Source: a virus
Strand: one strand, 5' to 3'
Length of the DNA: 64,000 bases
IMG/VR virus record: IMGVR_UViG_3300010167_000003
Shown here: positions 7,986 through 16,507 of the stretch, one piece after another
Layout: the number at the start of each line of letters is the position of its first letter
Position numbering within the stretch: position 1 is the first letter of the stretch
Translations under genes and position numbers: made by a program
The notes under the pieces: model-generated
Databases searched by the model: none
What the model saw: only the letters and a program-made list of their open reading frames with translations
Told to the model about the DNA's origin: nothing

Positions 7986-8224
7986 GCATCGACAGCTTTG
8001 AGGGTATTCATACGCCAATCTGTGACCGCTGCTACGCAGAACTCGATGGTGAGTTCGAGTTCCACACGGCAGTCGAGGCAAAGAAGGATGCTGGATGGAA
8101 GAGCCGCAAGGTAAATGACAGGTGGCAGGACGTTTGTGACAACTGCTTGGCTGAAGAAGCAGAGAAGATGACGCTAAAAGATAAGGCGTTCGCTGACATT
8201 TTGAAGGACGTGCGGGGCCGCTGA
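7982..8224 (+). CDS. small CxxC...CxxC protein (family member)
   Basis: ATG 7982 with an ATGA overlap, after GGAGG. Contains ICDRCYAEL...VCDNCLAEE. Confidence 0.55.
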   Translation: MSIDSFEGIHTPICDRCYAELDGEFEFHTAVEAKKDAGWKSRKVNDRWQDVCDNCLAEEAEKMTLKDKAFADILKDVRGR

Positions 8225-8292
8225 GATATGGTAATCTTGTGGATGGATTGCGCAAATCCTAAAAATCTTGCAAGATTGTAGAGGTGGTCTCA

Positions 8293-8940
8293 ATGGCAAC
8301 AATGAGTGCGTCCGAAGCAATGGCTAAGTTCCAAGCCTTTTTGGACACACGGGAGGCGGTAAAGCGAGCGGAAGCACATGCCGCTAAGCTGGATACTCCA
8401 GGAACGGATGGAAGGGTCGGGGAGTTCACCAGTTCCATAGTTGATACCGTCATGCGGTACAACGACGGAACACCGTTACTCAACCATACCAACGCGGACT
8501 TGGATGGTTTCATTGCGCTGTTCATTAAGAACAACGCATACGAGGTCGTCCAGAGGGCAATGTTGGAGGCGTCGATGGCTCTCAGCAGGGAACGCAAAGA
8601 CGCTGAGGCAGCTATGTTAGCTACCGGCCTCCAACCCGGCGAATCTGCTCTTCCAGGTGTGCCCAGCATCACCAACGCTGAGTTCACCAGAGTGGGTCAT
8701 TTGAACAGGCCATTCACGTTCCAAATCACAGCGGTAGACCCCCCTTCGGGCGAAACGCTGAGCTTTATGGCGTTCCCGCTGCCGGTTGGACTTACCATAA
8801 ATGCAGCGACAGGAGTTATCTCTGGCACGCCGGTGGTCATGGGTACGACGGTTGTTAATGTGAAGGTTCAGAACCTCAAAACCCGTCTATACTCCTTGGC
8901 GCAATTCACCATCACCATCGGTCAGGAAATCGGTTCGTAA
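8293..8940 (+). CDS. protein with one putative Ig domain (He_PIG-like)
   Basis: FPLPVGLTINAATGVISGTP is the hallmark motif of the 'putative Ig domain' family. The N-terminal ~125 aa are paralogous to the next gene. Confidence 0.7.
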   Translation: MATMSASEAMAKFQAFLDTREAVKRAEAHAAKLDTPGTDGRVGEFTSSIVDTVMRYNDGTPLLNHTNADLDGFIALFIKNNAYEVVQRAMLEASMALSRERKDAEAAMLATGLQPGESALPGVPSITNAEFTRVGHLNRPFTFQITAVDPPSGETLSFMAFPLPVGLTINAATGVISGTPVVMGTTVVNVKVQNLKTRLYSLAQFTITIGQEIGS

Positions 8941-8958
8941 CACAAAATTAAAAAGTAG

Positions 8959-10164
8959 GTGATAGAAGTGGCAAACACAGCTCAGGAAGCAATGGCGATT
9001 TTTCAGGCGTTTATGGATGAGCGGGACGCGGTTAAGAGTGCGGAGGCACATGCCGCTAAACTTGACGTGCCCGGTCGGGACGGAAAGATTGGTTACTTTG
9101 AGAACGTAACAGTTACCACGCGCATGAGGTACAACGACGGCACCCCTACGGCGATTCACACGAATGAGGCACTCGACAAGTACATAGCCATGTTGATTCA
9201 GAACGCGGCGTATGAAATCGTTCAGAGGGCTATGCTTGAGGCGTCGATGGCGCTCAGCAGGCAGAGGAAGGCCGCCGAAGATGCGATGCTGGGAGTTGGG
9301 CTCAAGCCCGGCGACACCACGATGCCCGGCGTTCCCAAAATTAACAACACAGAGTTTGTAAGGGTGGGCCACCTTAACAGAGCGTTCACCTTCCAGATTA
9401 CCGCCGACGCACCTCCGGCCAACGAAGCGTTGCACTTCATAGCGTTCCCGTTGCCGCAGGGGTTGACAATAAACGCCCAGACCGGCGTTATCTCCGGTAC
9501 GCCCACCACAATGGGCACCACGGTTGTTAATGTGAAGGTTCAGAACACGTCCACGAGGCTCTACTCGCTGGCACAGTTCACCATAACCATCGGACAGGAA
9601 CTGGCTGCTCCTCCGCCTCCCGTACCGGTAATCACATGCACAGCAATTCACTCCCAGATAGGAGTTGCCCTGACTTATCAGATAGCTGGAGCAAACCTTG
9701 CTGGCGCTACGTTTGCGGCCACTAACCTCCCCGCCTCCCTGTCTATCGACCCGGCCACCGGAGTCATCTCTGGTACGCCCGTCGCGGGAGACGACGTAGG
9801 CAGTCCGCGCAGCATAACCGTCACAGCTTCCACTGGTGCAGGCTCGACCACCCAGACGATAGCTTTGACCGTCGCTGCGGCTGCTGCCCCGCCCCCGCCT
9901 CCGGCCCCGGTAATCACCAGCCCGTTGACGGCTAGTGGCACCGATGGCACAGCGTTCACGTATACCATCACGGCGAGTGATGCTGCTGGTGCGGTGTTTG
10001 CGGCGAGCAACCTGCCGCCCTCCGGCACCCTTACGTATGACGCGAACACCGGAATTATCTCTGGTACGTTCGGACCCGCAGACGTTGGGACACACAACAT
10101 CAACATCTCCGTAACCACGGCATACGGCACGGACGCCGAGGTACTGGTACTGACCGTAGCCTAA
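8959..10164 (+). CDS. protein with three putative Ig domains joined by poly-Pro/Ala linkers
   Basis: Three G(L/S)(T/S)I(N/D).ATGVISGTP-type motifs. Linkers are AAPPPPVPVIT and AAAAAPPPPPAPVIT. It shares a 27-nt exact DNA match with the previous gene (acggttgttaatgtgaaggttcagaac). Confidence 0.75.
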   Translation: MIEVANTAQEAMAIFQAFMDERDAVKSAEAHAAKLDVPGRDGKIGYFENVTVTTRMRYNDGTPTAIHTNEALDKYIAMLIQNAAYEIVQRAMLEASMALSRQRKAAEDAMLGVGLKPGDTTMPGVPKINNTEFVRVGHLNRAFTFQITADAPPANEALHFIAFPLPQGLTINAQTGVISGTPTTMGTTVVNVKVQNTSTRLYSLAQFTITIGQELAAPPPPVPVITCTAIHSQIGVALTYQIAGANLAGATFAATNLPASLSIDPATGVISGTPVAGDDVGSPRSITVTASTGAGSTTQTIALTVAAAAAPPPPPAPVITSPLTASGTDGTAFTYTITASDAAGAVFAASNLPPSGTLTYDANTGIISGTFGPADVGTHNINISVTTAYGTDAEVLVLTVA

Positions 10165-10201
10165 GAGCTAACTTCGGGCAAATACGACAAAGTTGCCCAT
10201 A

Positions 10202-10278
10202 ACCTCCGTAGAAGGCCACCTCTCAAGGGTGGCCTTCAATGTTGACTAAGTAAAAATACCACGTATTTCTACGGAGGT
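10202..10278 (+). promoter_or_regulatory. nested inverted repeats (terminator-like inner hairpin inside a 12-bp outer stem)
   Basis: Outer stem: ACCTCCGTAGAA (10202-10213) pairs with TTCTACGGAGGT (10267-10278). Inner stem: GAAGGCCACC (10211-10220) pairs with GGTGGCCTTC (10228-10237). Confidence 0.45.
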
Positions 10279-10448
10279 GACACCATGTGAAATCATGATA
10301 GCATGATTGCAGTCCGAACGAACCTTGACAAAAGAATACTGTGAGAAGAAGAGGGATGCACCGTCGAGAGGGAATGCCCGGTGCACCCGTCCAGCTGGGT
10401 TATGGGGAACTCAGCAGTGACAATATACCACAAGATTGGGGGTCAGGC

Positions 10449-10676
10449 ATGTTTAAGTGTTTATCTTGTTACCACTTATTTTTTGAGATACAAATTAAAT
10501 ACCTTCACACAGAGTCCGCCTGTTGTCCAAGATGTAACGGTGAGTTCATCTGCCTACCAGAGTGTTACATATGTGGTAAGGCAGGAGTGGACTACGAGAA
10601 CATCCGAGAGCTGTCTACCAGTGGACCAATTACGGGTAAAGGTAGATGCGTTTTTTGTGGATGGGAGACCAGATGA
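10449..10676 (+). CDS. small multi-CxxC zinc-ribbon protein
   Basis: Contains CLSC, CPRC, CYIC and CVFC pairs. The start is uncertain because the ORF is open from 10341. Confidence 0.35.
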   Translation: MFKCLSCYHLFFEIQIKYLHTESACCPRCNGEFICLPECYICGKAGVDYENIRELSTSGPITGKGRCVFCGWETR

Positions 10677-10765
10677 CCCCTTGACAAATCATCATTCCAG
10701 TGTATATTGTACACGGATGCTGCAATAGACAGCGTTACACACAGTTCGAGAGGGGCGTCATTGTA

Positions 10766-11122
10766 ATGGCAAAGAAGGAAAAGGCTAAGAAGGAAACAAA
10801 GCAGATGGGTGAGGGTTGCGGTAAGGTTGGCATTAAGGAGTTTATTGATCTGGTAGCCGAGCGTATTGGTAATGACATGACCAAGAAGGACATCGAAGCG
10901 GTTGTCCGTGTAGCTATCCTGGACGTCATGTTCGACAGCTTGGTCAAGAGACGTGAGGTTGGGTTCACCGGCCTGTTCAGTTTGGTGCCGAAGCTTCGCG
11001 CTGCTCGCCAGGGTAGAAACCCGCAGAAGCCGGAAGAGACCATCACCATTCCTGAGAAGTGGACTGTCACGCTGAAGATGGGCAAAGACCTGAAAGAGCA
11101 GATAAACAGCAGGAAGAAGTAA
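10766..11122 (+). CDS. HU/IHF-family DNA-binding protein
   Basis: RQGRNPQKPEETITIPEKWTVTLKMGKDLKE matches the HU arm signature (GRNP..GE.I.I....V.FK.GK.LK). The N-terminus is Lys-rich. Confidence 0.8.
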   Translation: MAKKEKAKKETKQMGEGCGKVGIKEFIDLVAERIGNDMTKKDIEAVVRVAILDVMFDSLVKRREVGFTGLFSLVPKLRAARQGRNPQKPEETITIPEKWTVTLKMGKDLKEQINSRKK

Positions 11123-11358
11123 GAATGTTTTGCGCGTCACCTGCGCGGTCATTGAGTCCCGAAGTGGTGAGGAAACAGCTCGTCCTCAGCTGACTGAGAT
11201 GGAGCGAATGCGGAATGAGAGTGTCGGCCCTGGTTCGGGTAGTAGTCCAGGCTAGACGACCATAACGAAAATGCCCGACGTTGATGGTCAAGCAGCGCCT
11301 TTGCAAAGGCGTTGTTAAGAGGGGTTCCCTGCGTCATCCAGGGAACCCTTCATTTTTT
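11123..11358 (+). ncRNA. candidate structured non-coding RNA or long 3' UTR
   Basis: About 200 nt with no plausible ORF. It has several stems, including the 16-nt palindrome CGCCTTTGCAAAGGCG (11296-11311), and ends at a strong terminator. Confidence 0.2.
11322..11358 (+). terminator. intrinsic terminator
   Basis: GGGTTCCCTG (11322-11331) pairs with CAGGGAACCC (11339-11348), followed by TTCATTTTTT. Confidence 0.75.
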
Positions 11359-11373
11359 AGGGGGAGGTATTTA

Positions 11374-11661
11374 ATGAGTGACGACCGGCTGAAGGTCAAG
11401 AATAGATACAATGAAAAGGAGAGCCCAATTAGGATGTACCAAGATGTCTGTGAGTTATGTGGTATGAAGAGCCCAACCCTCCAACAGAGAATCCCTATAA
11501 GTGTCAGTGCGGAAGCCACAGTATACGTCGGTCTCAGTCTAAATGAGGGTCTGTTGTGCTGGTATCTCTGTACGATATGCGCCGACAAGATACGCCAAGC
11601 TGTAACCGGCGTGATAGATGAGGTGTTGGACACAGCTATAGGAAGGAGAGATGAAGAATAG
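11374..11661 (+). CDS. small CxxC...CxxC protein (family member)
   Basis: ATG 11374 after GGGGGAGG. Contains VCELCGMKS...LCTICADKIRQAV. Confidence 0.6.
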   Translation: MSDDRLKVKNRYNEKESPIRMYQDVCELCGMKSPTLQQRIPISVSAEATVYVGLSLNEGLLCWYLCTICADKIRQAVTGVIDEVLDTAIGRRDEE

Positions 11662-11861
11662 TGTGGAATTTTATAGTTACACTTCTATTGGCGGCGAGCA
11701 TCATAGTTAATGCGTGGTCACTTGCTGGGGTGCGGCTCAGGGTGGAAGTAGCGGAACAGAGGATCACTGCCTTACGGGAGAGAACTTCACTACACAATGA
11801 AGTTTTAAACGAACTGTTACCCCGTGTTACAGAGATGGCTAAGAGGAACAAAGATGGATGA
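11661..11861 (+). CDS. small membrane-anchored coiled-coil protein
   Basis: GTG start. The hydrophobic N-terminus FIVTLLLAASIIVNAWSLAG is followed by a charged helix. Confidence 0.5.
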   Translation: MWNFIVTLLLAASIIVNAWSLAGVRLRVEVAEQRITALRERTSLHNEVLNELLPRVTEMAKRNKDG

Positions 11862-12039
11862 CGCTATTGAGATTTTAGAAGTGCACCTCCGGCTTTGTGA
11901 ACGTGATCTCGCTGACACGCAGCGGCTGAAAGATAGGTACACCGCTCAAAGAGATTGCCTGGAAATGGTACTGACCCAGCTACGTCAAATACGAGACTCT
12001 GTACCCCAACCCCCAATAAAAGGAGACGATAAGAGTTGA
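11854..12039 (+). CDS. hypothetical coiled-coil protein
   Basis: ATG 11854 overlaps the upstream stop. Confidence 0.5.
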   Translation: MDDAIEILEVHLRLCERDLADTQRLKDRYTAQRDCLEMVLTQLRQIRDSVPQPPIKGDDKS

Positions 12040-12263
12040 AAGATTATGCGGACTACATATCACCATACACCACACGGTGTCTGGCTGTGTACCACGGTAA
12101 GGTTAAGGAGTGTAAAGGATTCGTAGAACTTTCCAAGGGTCATCCCGACCAGTGCAAATACTGGACTTATGACACTCAAGCAAAATGTAAGAGGGAGGTA
12201 AAACGTGGAGGAGCGCAAGAGATATTGGCTAACGCCACCGGCACTGTTCCAGAAGCTCGATGA
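12036..12263 (+). CDS. hypothetical protein
   Basis: TTG start 10 nt after AAGGAG. Confidence 0.45.
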   Translation: MKDYADYISPYTTRCLAVYHGKVKECKGFVELSKGHPDQCKYWTYDTQAKCKREVKRGGAQEILANATGTVPEAR

Positions 12264-12612
12264 AGAGTTCGACTTTGATTGTGACCCTTGCCCCTATCCA
12301 CGGGAACCAGACTATAACAGTCTCGTACTACCTTGGGGAGAGAGGAATTATGTCAACCCGCCCTTTACACGAAAGGACGCACCATTTGGAGGGCCTTCTG
12401 CTTTTGTTAGAAAGGCTATATCCGAGCAATCCCTTGGTAAGACAAGCGTTATCATTTTACCGGTGCCCCACTCGATAGGTCTTCTGTTGGAGGCAGGAGC
12501 GGAGCTGAGGTACGGGGGAATGGTGAAGTGGTTGGAGTGTGAAACAAAAGAACCATACCGCCGAGGCTGGCGACAAGTCTTGGCAATATTGAGAGGAGAG
12601 AGTAAGCAATGA
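12205..12612 (+). CDS. phage Dam-like DNA N6-adenine methyltransferase (short form)
   Basis: N-terminal YWLTPPALFQKLDEEFDFDCDPC plus the catalytic-type NPPF motif (NYVNPPF). GTG after GGGAGG. Confidence 0.65.
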   Translation: MEERKRYWLTPPALFQKLDEEFDFDCDPCPYPREPDYNSLVLPWGERNYVNPPFTRKDAPFGGPSAFVRKAISEQSLGKTSVIILPVPHSIGLLLEAGAELRYGGMVKWLECETKEPYRRGWRQVLAILRGESKQ

Positions 12613-13010
12613 ACGAGTTTGATGAGAAGAAGTCACTGTTCGACCCAAAGAAATCAGCACGTGGGTTCACAAGCATAGGAATCAGCAAAGCCAAATCAGA
12701 ATGGAAAGGGGAAGACGGAGAGTACATTAAGGTAAAGATTCTTACGGAGCACTACCTCCCCGCAATTAAGGGTGTGCCCACGGACGTCGGCATTGACCAC
12801 ATCCTCGATACATACAACAACAGGACCGGAAGGGTTATTATGGAGCGGGTTCTTATCGACTTCCACATGAAAGAAGCGCGACAGTACAGTTGGGATGAGA
12901 TACGCCACCTGTACGCTGTACTCAGAGGTGAGGTCTCCAGCGAACCGCTACCGACTGAGGGCACAGGTAACACCACCATAACAGTTACCCCCAAGGAGGT
13001 ACAGTCGTGA
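12609..13010 (+). CDS. hypothetical protein
   Basis: 133-aa ORF with an ATGA overlap. Confidence 0.6.
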   Translation: MNEFDEKKSLFDPKKSARGFTSIGISKAKSEWKGEDGEYIKVKILTEHYLPAIKGVPTDVGIDHILDTYNNRTGRVIMERVLIDFHMKEARQYSWDEIRHLYAVLRGEVSSEPLPTEGTGNTTITVTPKEVQS

Positions 13011-13231
13011 GGAGACCGAAGACGTACACATTGGATGATTGGCACAAAGCGCTTGCTGATAAGAATGAGGATATGGCTCGGACTATTCTTGAGACCACGG
13101 CGGATGAGTGTGGAAAGCCTAACTCGTACTGTCTGACGGAGGTGTTCTGCCCTGAGTGCGCGTTGGGCTTACTTCCTGTTCAGAGTGCACGAGGCATGGC
13201 AGAACGTATACTAGGGAGGTTATTTTCATGA
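13007..13231 (+). CDS. hypothetical protein
   Basis: GTG after AAGGAGG. Confidence 0.5.
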   Translation: MRRPKTYTLDDWHKALADKNEDMARTILETTADECGKPNSYCLTEVFCPECALGLLPVQSARGMAERILGRLFS

Positions 13232-13560
13232 GTATAAAAACAATTACCCAGATAATTTGTGACACCTGCCGTAAGGAAATTGTGCCCCCAAACAGTGAAG
13301 CCAAAGTCTTTTATGAGGTATCGACTGCCGAGATACCTAGATGCTTCGTACCGGGTAGCTCCGCACCGGCGGTGTTCAGTATTTCTGTGTCTATAGGCGT
13401 AAACGGTGGAGCAGAAGTGCAACACATCTGTCAGGACTGCGTTGACGGCGCGTTCAAGGTGTTAGCTGAAAGGGGATGGGCGGGTGGCAAGAGTGAACGA
13501 GGGAACCTACGGATGTCCGAGGTATCCGATGCCGGTAGCGAAGAGACTGAAAGCGAATAA
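13228..13560 (+). CDS. small CxxC...CxxC protein (family member)
   Basis: ATG 13228 after GGGAGG. Contains IICDTCRKEI...HICQDCVDGAF. Confidence 0.6.
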   Translation: MSIKTITQIICDTCRKEIVPPNSEAKVFYEVSTAEIPRCFVPGSSAPAVFSISVSIGVNGGAEVQHICQDCVDGAFKVLAERGWAGGKSERGNLRMSEVSDAGSEETESE

Positions 13561-13684
13561 CATTGGTGACGCAATCCGCATGATGAATTGTCACATCGTC
13601 TGTCGTCATTACGAGCAGGGATGCAGGCCGGTTAAGTATCTCAAAGATGGGAGTGTTTGTAAGGATGAGAAGGTTAAGAGGTGA
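13484..13684 (+). CDS. possible small Cys-containing protein
   Basis: This ORF overlaps the previous gene and its start is unclear (GTG 13484 or ATG 13529). Weak support. Confidence 0.3.
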   Translation: MARVNEGTYGCPRYPMPVAKRLKANNIGDAIRMMNCHIVCRHYEQGCRPVKYLKDGSVCKDEKVKR

Positions 13685-13694
13685 GGGCGGCGTA

Positions 13695-14054
13695 ATGGCC
13701 GTCGTGGTAACAATCTGTGTCGTGGTGGTCATTGCATTGTTCTTAATTGGGTGGCCGATGTACAACGTGTGGCGCAGGGAGATGTTGGGCCGGTCGGAGC
13801 TGGCCCAGGCCGAGTGGAACAAGCAGATTTTGATAAGGGAGGCCGACGCTCGCCTGGAAGCTGCCAAGCTGGACGCCGAGGCCGAAGCTATCCGCGCCGC
13901 TGGTATGGCTAGGGCTATGGAGATTGAGTCTGGTAGGCTGACCGAGACCTACATCAAGTACCTGTGGGTCAGGATGATGGTAGATAACCCCAACGTAATC
14001 AAGGTGTACATCCCGACTGAGGCCGGGCTCCCCATACTGGAGGTCAGGCCATGA
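13695..14054 (+). CDS. membrane-anchored protein resembling the C-terminal region of SPFH/band-7 proteins
   Basis: ATG 13695 after GAGGTGAGGG. It has an N-terminal TM segment (VVVTICVVVVIALFLIGW). AEAEAIRAAGMARA and the ending YIPTEAGLPILE resemble flotillin/prohibitin-family tails. Confidence 0.55.
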   Translation: MAVVVTICVVVVIALFLIGWPMYNVWRREMLGRSELAQAEWNKQILIREADARLEAAKLDAEAEAIRAAGMARAMEIESGRLTETYIKYLWVRMMVDNPNVIKVYIPTEAGLPILEVRP

Positions 14055-14419
14055 AGAAACCATCCCCTGAGAAAGAGAAGGAAATTGCGGCGCTGGCTAA
14101 GGATATAGGAGAGTTCATGCAGGAGTTGGACTACAGGTTCACCAACATGGAACTGCTCGACGAGGCCATTGCCAGACTGCGGGACAACATCAGCTACCGG
14201 GAGAGCGCGTCCATCATAGCTATGGCGCTTGGTGGCCGCATCGACCATAAGCTGGACCGTGCCAAGATGGACCTCATAGAAGCCCTCGGCGACCTGATTA
14301 GGGCGCGTAACAAGGTGCGGGAAATCACCATCGCAAACGCCCAAGATGGTATGAGAGACCGTGCTGCACTCCAGCAGCTCTTCGGGGCGATGGGTGTGCA
14401 ACAGAGTACACCGGTATGA
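14051..14419 (+). CDS. hypothetical protein
   Basis: 122-aa ORF with an ATGA overlap. Confidence 0.6.
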   Translation: MKKPSPEKEKEIAALAKDIGEFMQELDYRFTNMELLDEAIARLRDNISYRESASIIAMALGGRIDHKLDRAKMDLIEALGDLIRARNKVREITIANAQDGMRDRAALQQLFGAMGVQQSTPV

Positions 14420-15006
14420 CCGACGAACTGAGTCCGCAATTCCAAAACAGCATAGTTCCAATACCTAATAGGCCGGGGCTGACGATGGTTATGAACACCA
14501 CGACCGGGAGGTGGCAGTGCTCCATCTGTGGTGTGGTCGGGTGTACTCATGAACGGAACGACCCAGCCCCGTTCCCACAGATGCAACTACAGCTCACCCT
14601 GGGCCAGCTCATCAACACCCTGATATGGATAATGACCAGGATTTCGCCACCGGCACTCCCACCGCTACCACGGTCCACCCCCATCCGGTACGACTTCCAG
14701 AAGCCCACTGGCGGGTGGTCGCATCCAGGTAGGCCAAGCAGTTATCGCGGTTACTATGAGCAACTCGCGTTCTGTGACTGCGGTGAGTGCGGAGTAGGGA
14801 GCAGCATAAACATCGGTCACATGCTGCACTTGGCAGAAGGTGTGCTTGGGCGCACCTTCCCTGGGTATAGGGGCGGCGGCTACACCATGCACCGGGGCAC
14901 ACGGCTGTGGGCTGCTGAGTATGGTGCTGCCGGTCGGCCAATCATGGGTGTGCAAGAGATTGGTAATTTGATAATACTAAGGACGGAGGATAAAGAAGAA
15001 TGGTAG
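14416..15006 (+). CDS. hypothetical protein
   Basis: 196-aa ORF with an ATGA overlap. Confidence 0.6.
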   Translation: MTDELSPQFQNSIVPIPNRPGLTMVMNTTTGRWQCSICGVVGCTHERNDPAPFPQMQLQLTLGQLINTLIWIMTRISPPALPPLPRSTPIRYDFQKPTGGWSHPGRPSSYRGYYEQLAFCDCGECGVGSSINIGHMLHLAEGVLGRTFPGYRGGGYTMHRGTRLWAAEYGAAGRPIMGVQEIGNLIILRTEDKEEW

Positions 15007-15668
15007 ATGAGTTAATCGGACCCGACCGCCTTGTCACCGTGTACCGCATCGCATACCTCCTATCGCACACCGACGACCTGACCCTCCAACGTGAGATCAG
15101 TGTGTGCAACGAGCTCCTGGGCTTGGAGAGGAAGCGTAGTCAAACTGACACTGATAACTGGGAGAAACGAGAAGTAAAGTACGTGGTAGAGCAGGATGTA
15201 GCCCAGTTTGTCGATGAACTCAAGCGGCGTATCAAGGTCGAGGTTCTTAAAAACAACGAGTTCCTCTATGCTTTCCAGCCTTTCGAAAAACCCAACTGGT
15301 CCATCGAAGACACTATGGCACATGCACGGGGGATGGGAGAAGCCTCAGACCCGCCTCGTGCAGCAAAGCAGAGGCGTCTGAACGAGCGCATGGCGCAGCT
15401 GGACAAGGAGGATGCACAGCGTAAGGCATTGATTCGGGCCTTCAAAATCATGTGCCAACCGGCGCAGATATGCTACAGCTGCACCAGTTACGAGGTATGC
15501 CAGTCCGCCACAGCCTGGGATTGTGTGGATTATGATTGCTTCGTTATCAACGAATCATTATTCCCGGAGGTAGCTAAAGATGAGTTGCCAGGAATCATCC
15601 GTAACCACAAATACGACAGCAGCGGGAGAATGGGTATGCAGGTGCGGAAAGCACCCAAGGATGAGTAA
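15000..15668 (+). CDS. hypothetical protein
   Basis: 222-aa ORF. ATG after GGAGG. Confidence 0.65.
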   Translation: MVDELIGPDRLVTVYRIAYLLSHTDDLTLQREISVCNELLGLERKRSQTDTDNWEKREVKYVVEQDVAQFVDELKRRIKVEVLKNNEFLYAFQPFEKPNWSIEDTMAHARGMGEASDPPRAAKQRRLNERMAQLDKEDAQRKALIRAFKIMCQPAQICYSCTSYEVCQSATAWDCVDYDCFVINESLFPEVAKDELPGIIRNHKYDSSGRMGMQVRKAPKDE

Positions 15669-15763
15669 CATCAGTTTCATCAACGTGATGATGGTAATGT
15701 GCAGGCCGACCTGCGGACCTAACCGTGCCTGTAGTGGACCAATGTGGAGTGAGGTGATACAGA

Positions 15764-16024
15764 GTGTTGGACCAACCGATGGATGACGATGTAGCTTTGT
15801 TAAATGCTTACAGGGACACCAACCTGAGCCCTGAGCAGGTCATGGTGCTGCGTGAGGCGGTAGACAGGCTGCTCTATTTGAAAAGCATCAAGGGCACACC
15901 AGAGTATGAAGCCACTAAAGAGGAAGCGTGGATTGCACTGAAAACAATTAGGCATGATTGGAAACTGTTTGAAGTAGTGAACTCTATGCGTAGGTATAAA
16001 AACAGAAAGAAGGGGACAAGATGA
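15764..16024 (+). CDS. hypothetical protein
   Basis: GTG after GAGGTG. Confidence 0.5.
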   Translation: MLDQPMDDDVALLNAYRDTNLSPEQVMVLREAVDRLLYLKSIKGTPEYEATKEEAWIALKTIRHDWKLFEVVNSMRRYKNRKKGTR

Positions 16025-16320
16025 AGACGTATAAGGTTAAGTTCTGTGTAGTAAAAGCAGTCAAGCACAGGCTTGACACACATGTGGAGGTCAACGCCGA
16101 GAGTGAAGAAGCAGCGGAAGCAATGGTAATGCACATGCTGGACGCCTTTGAGGATGACATGCCAAAGGGTAGAAACAGCGCCCTTACTGAACAGTTGATG
16201 GAGCTCTGCCCAGACGACCTCGAAGGGTTCGACGGGGACGACGGCCACTCTAACACTTACATAGAAGGCATCGAGTATGACTACACTGAGATAGGGGAGG
16301 TGTACGCGGTTGAGCGATAA
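16021..16320 (+). CDS. small strongly acidic protein
   Basis: 99 aa with an ATGA overlap. By hand count there are about 25 D/E against about 10 K/R. Confidence 0.6.
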   Translation: MKTYKVKFCVVKAVKHRLDTHVEVNAESEEAAEAMVMHMLDAFEDDMPKGRNSALTEQLMELCPDDLEGFDGDDGHSNTYIEGIEYDYTEIGEVYAVER

Positions 16321-16507
16321 GCTGCCGGACTGGTACTGTCCTATTACCGTTCTAAAGACGCAGCTGTACAACAGCGAGAGTAATGTGGAGGACCCGCCTA
16401 TTGTGTTGCCGCGAGAAGTCGCTGAGATTATCCAGGAGTTCCTGGAGGGTTACACGGAGGAGTTCCAATACTTTTTCTCCAGAAAGAGGGTTGAAAAAGA
16501 CATATGA
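16310..16507 (+). CDS. hypothetical protein
   Basis: TTG start after GGGGAGG. Confidence 0.4.
   Translation: MSDKLPDWYCPITVLKTQLYNSESNVEDPPIVLPREVAEIIQEFLEGYTEEFQYFFSRKRVEKDI

Noticed and set aside
8887-10095. 402-aa ORF on the minus strand, antisense to the Ig-domain genes
   Set aside because: Arg/Gly-rich low-complexity translation with no RBS. It lies fully inside two well-supported plus-strand genes, so it is a typical shadow ORF of GC-rich coding sequence.
10381-10728. 115-aa alternative-frame ORF overlapping the multi-CxxC gene
   Set aside because: It has no RBS and no distinctive features. The competing frame encodes four regularly spaced CxxC pairs.
11123-11321. Possible tRNA (GGTTCGGGT resembles a T-loop)
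   Set aside because: The flanking stem has a 13-nt loop, and I could not draw a cloverleaf with acceptor, D and anticodon arms.
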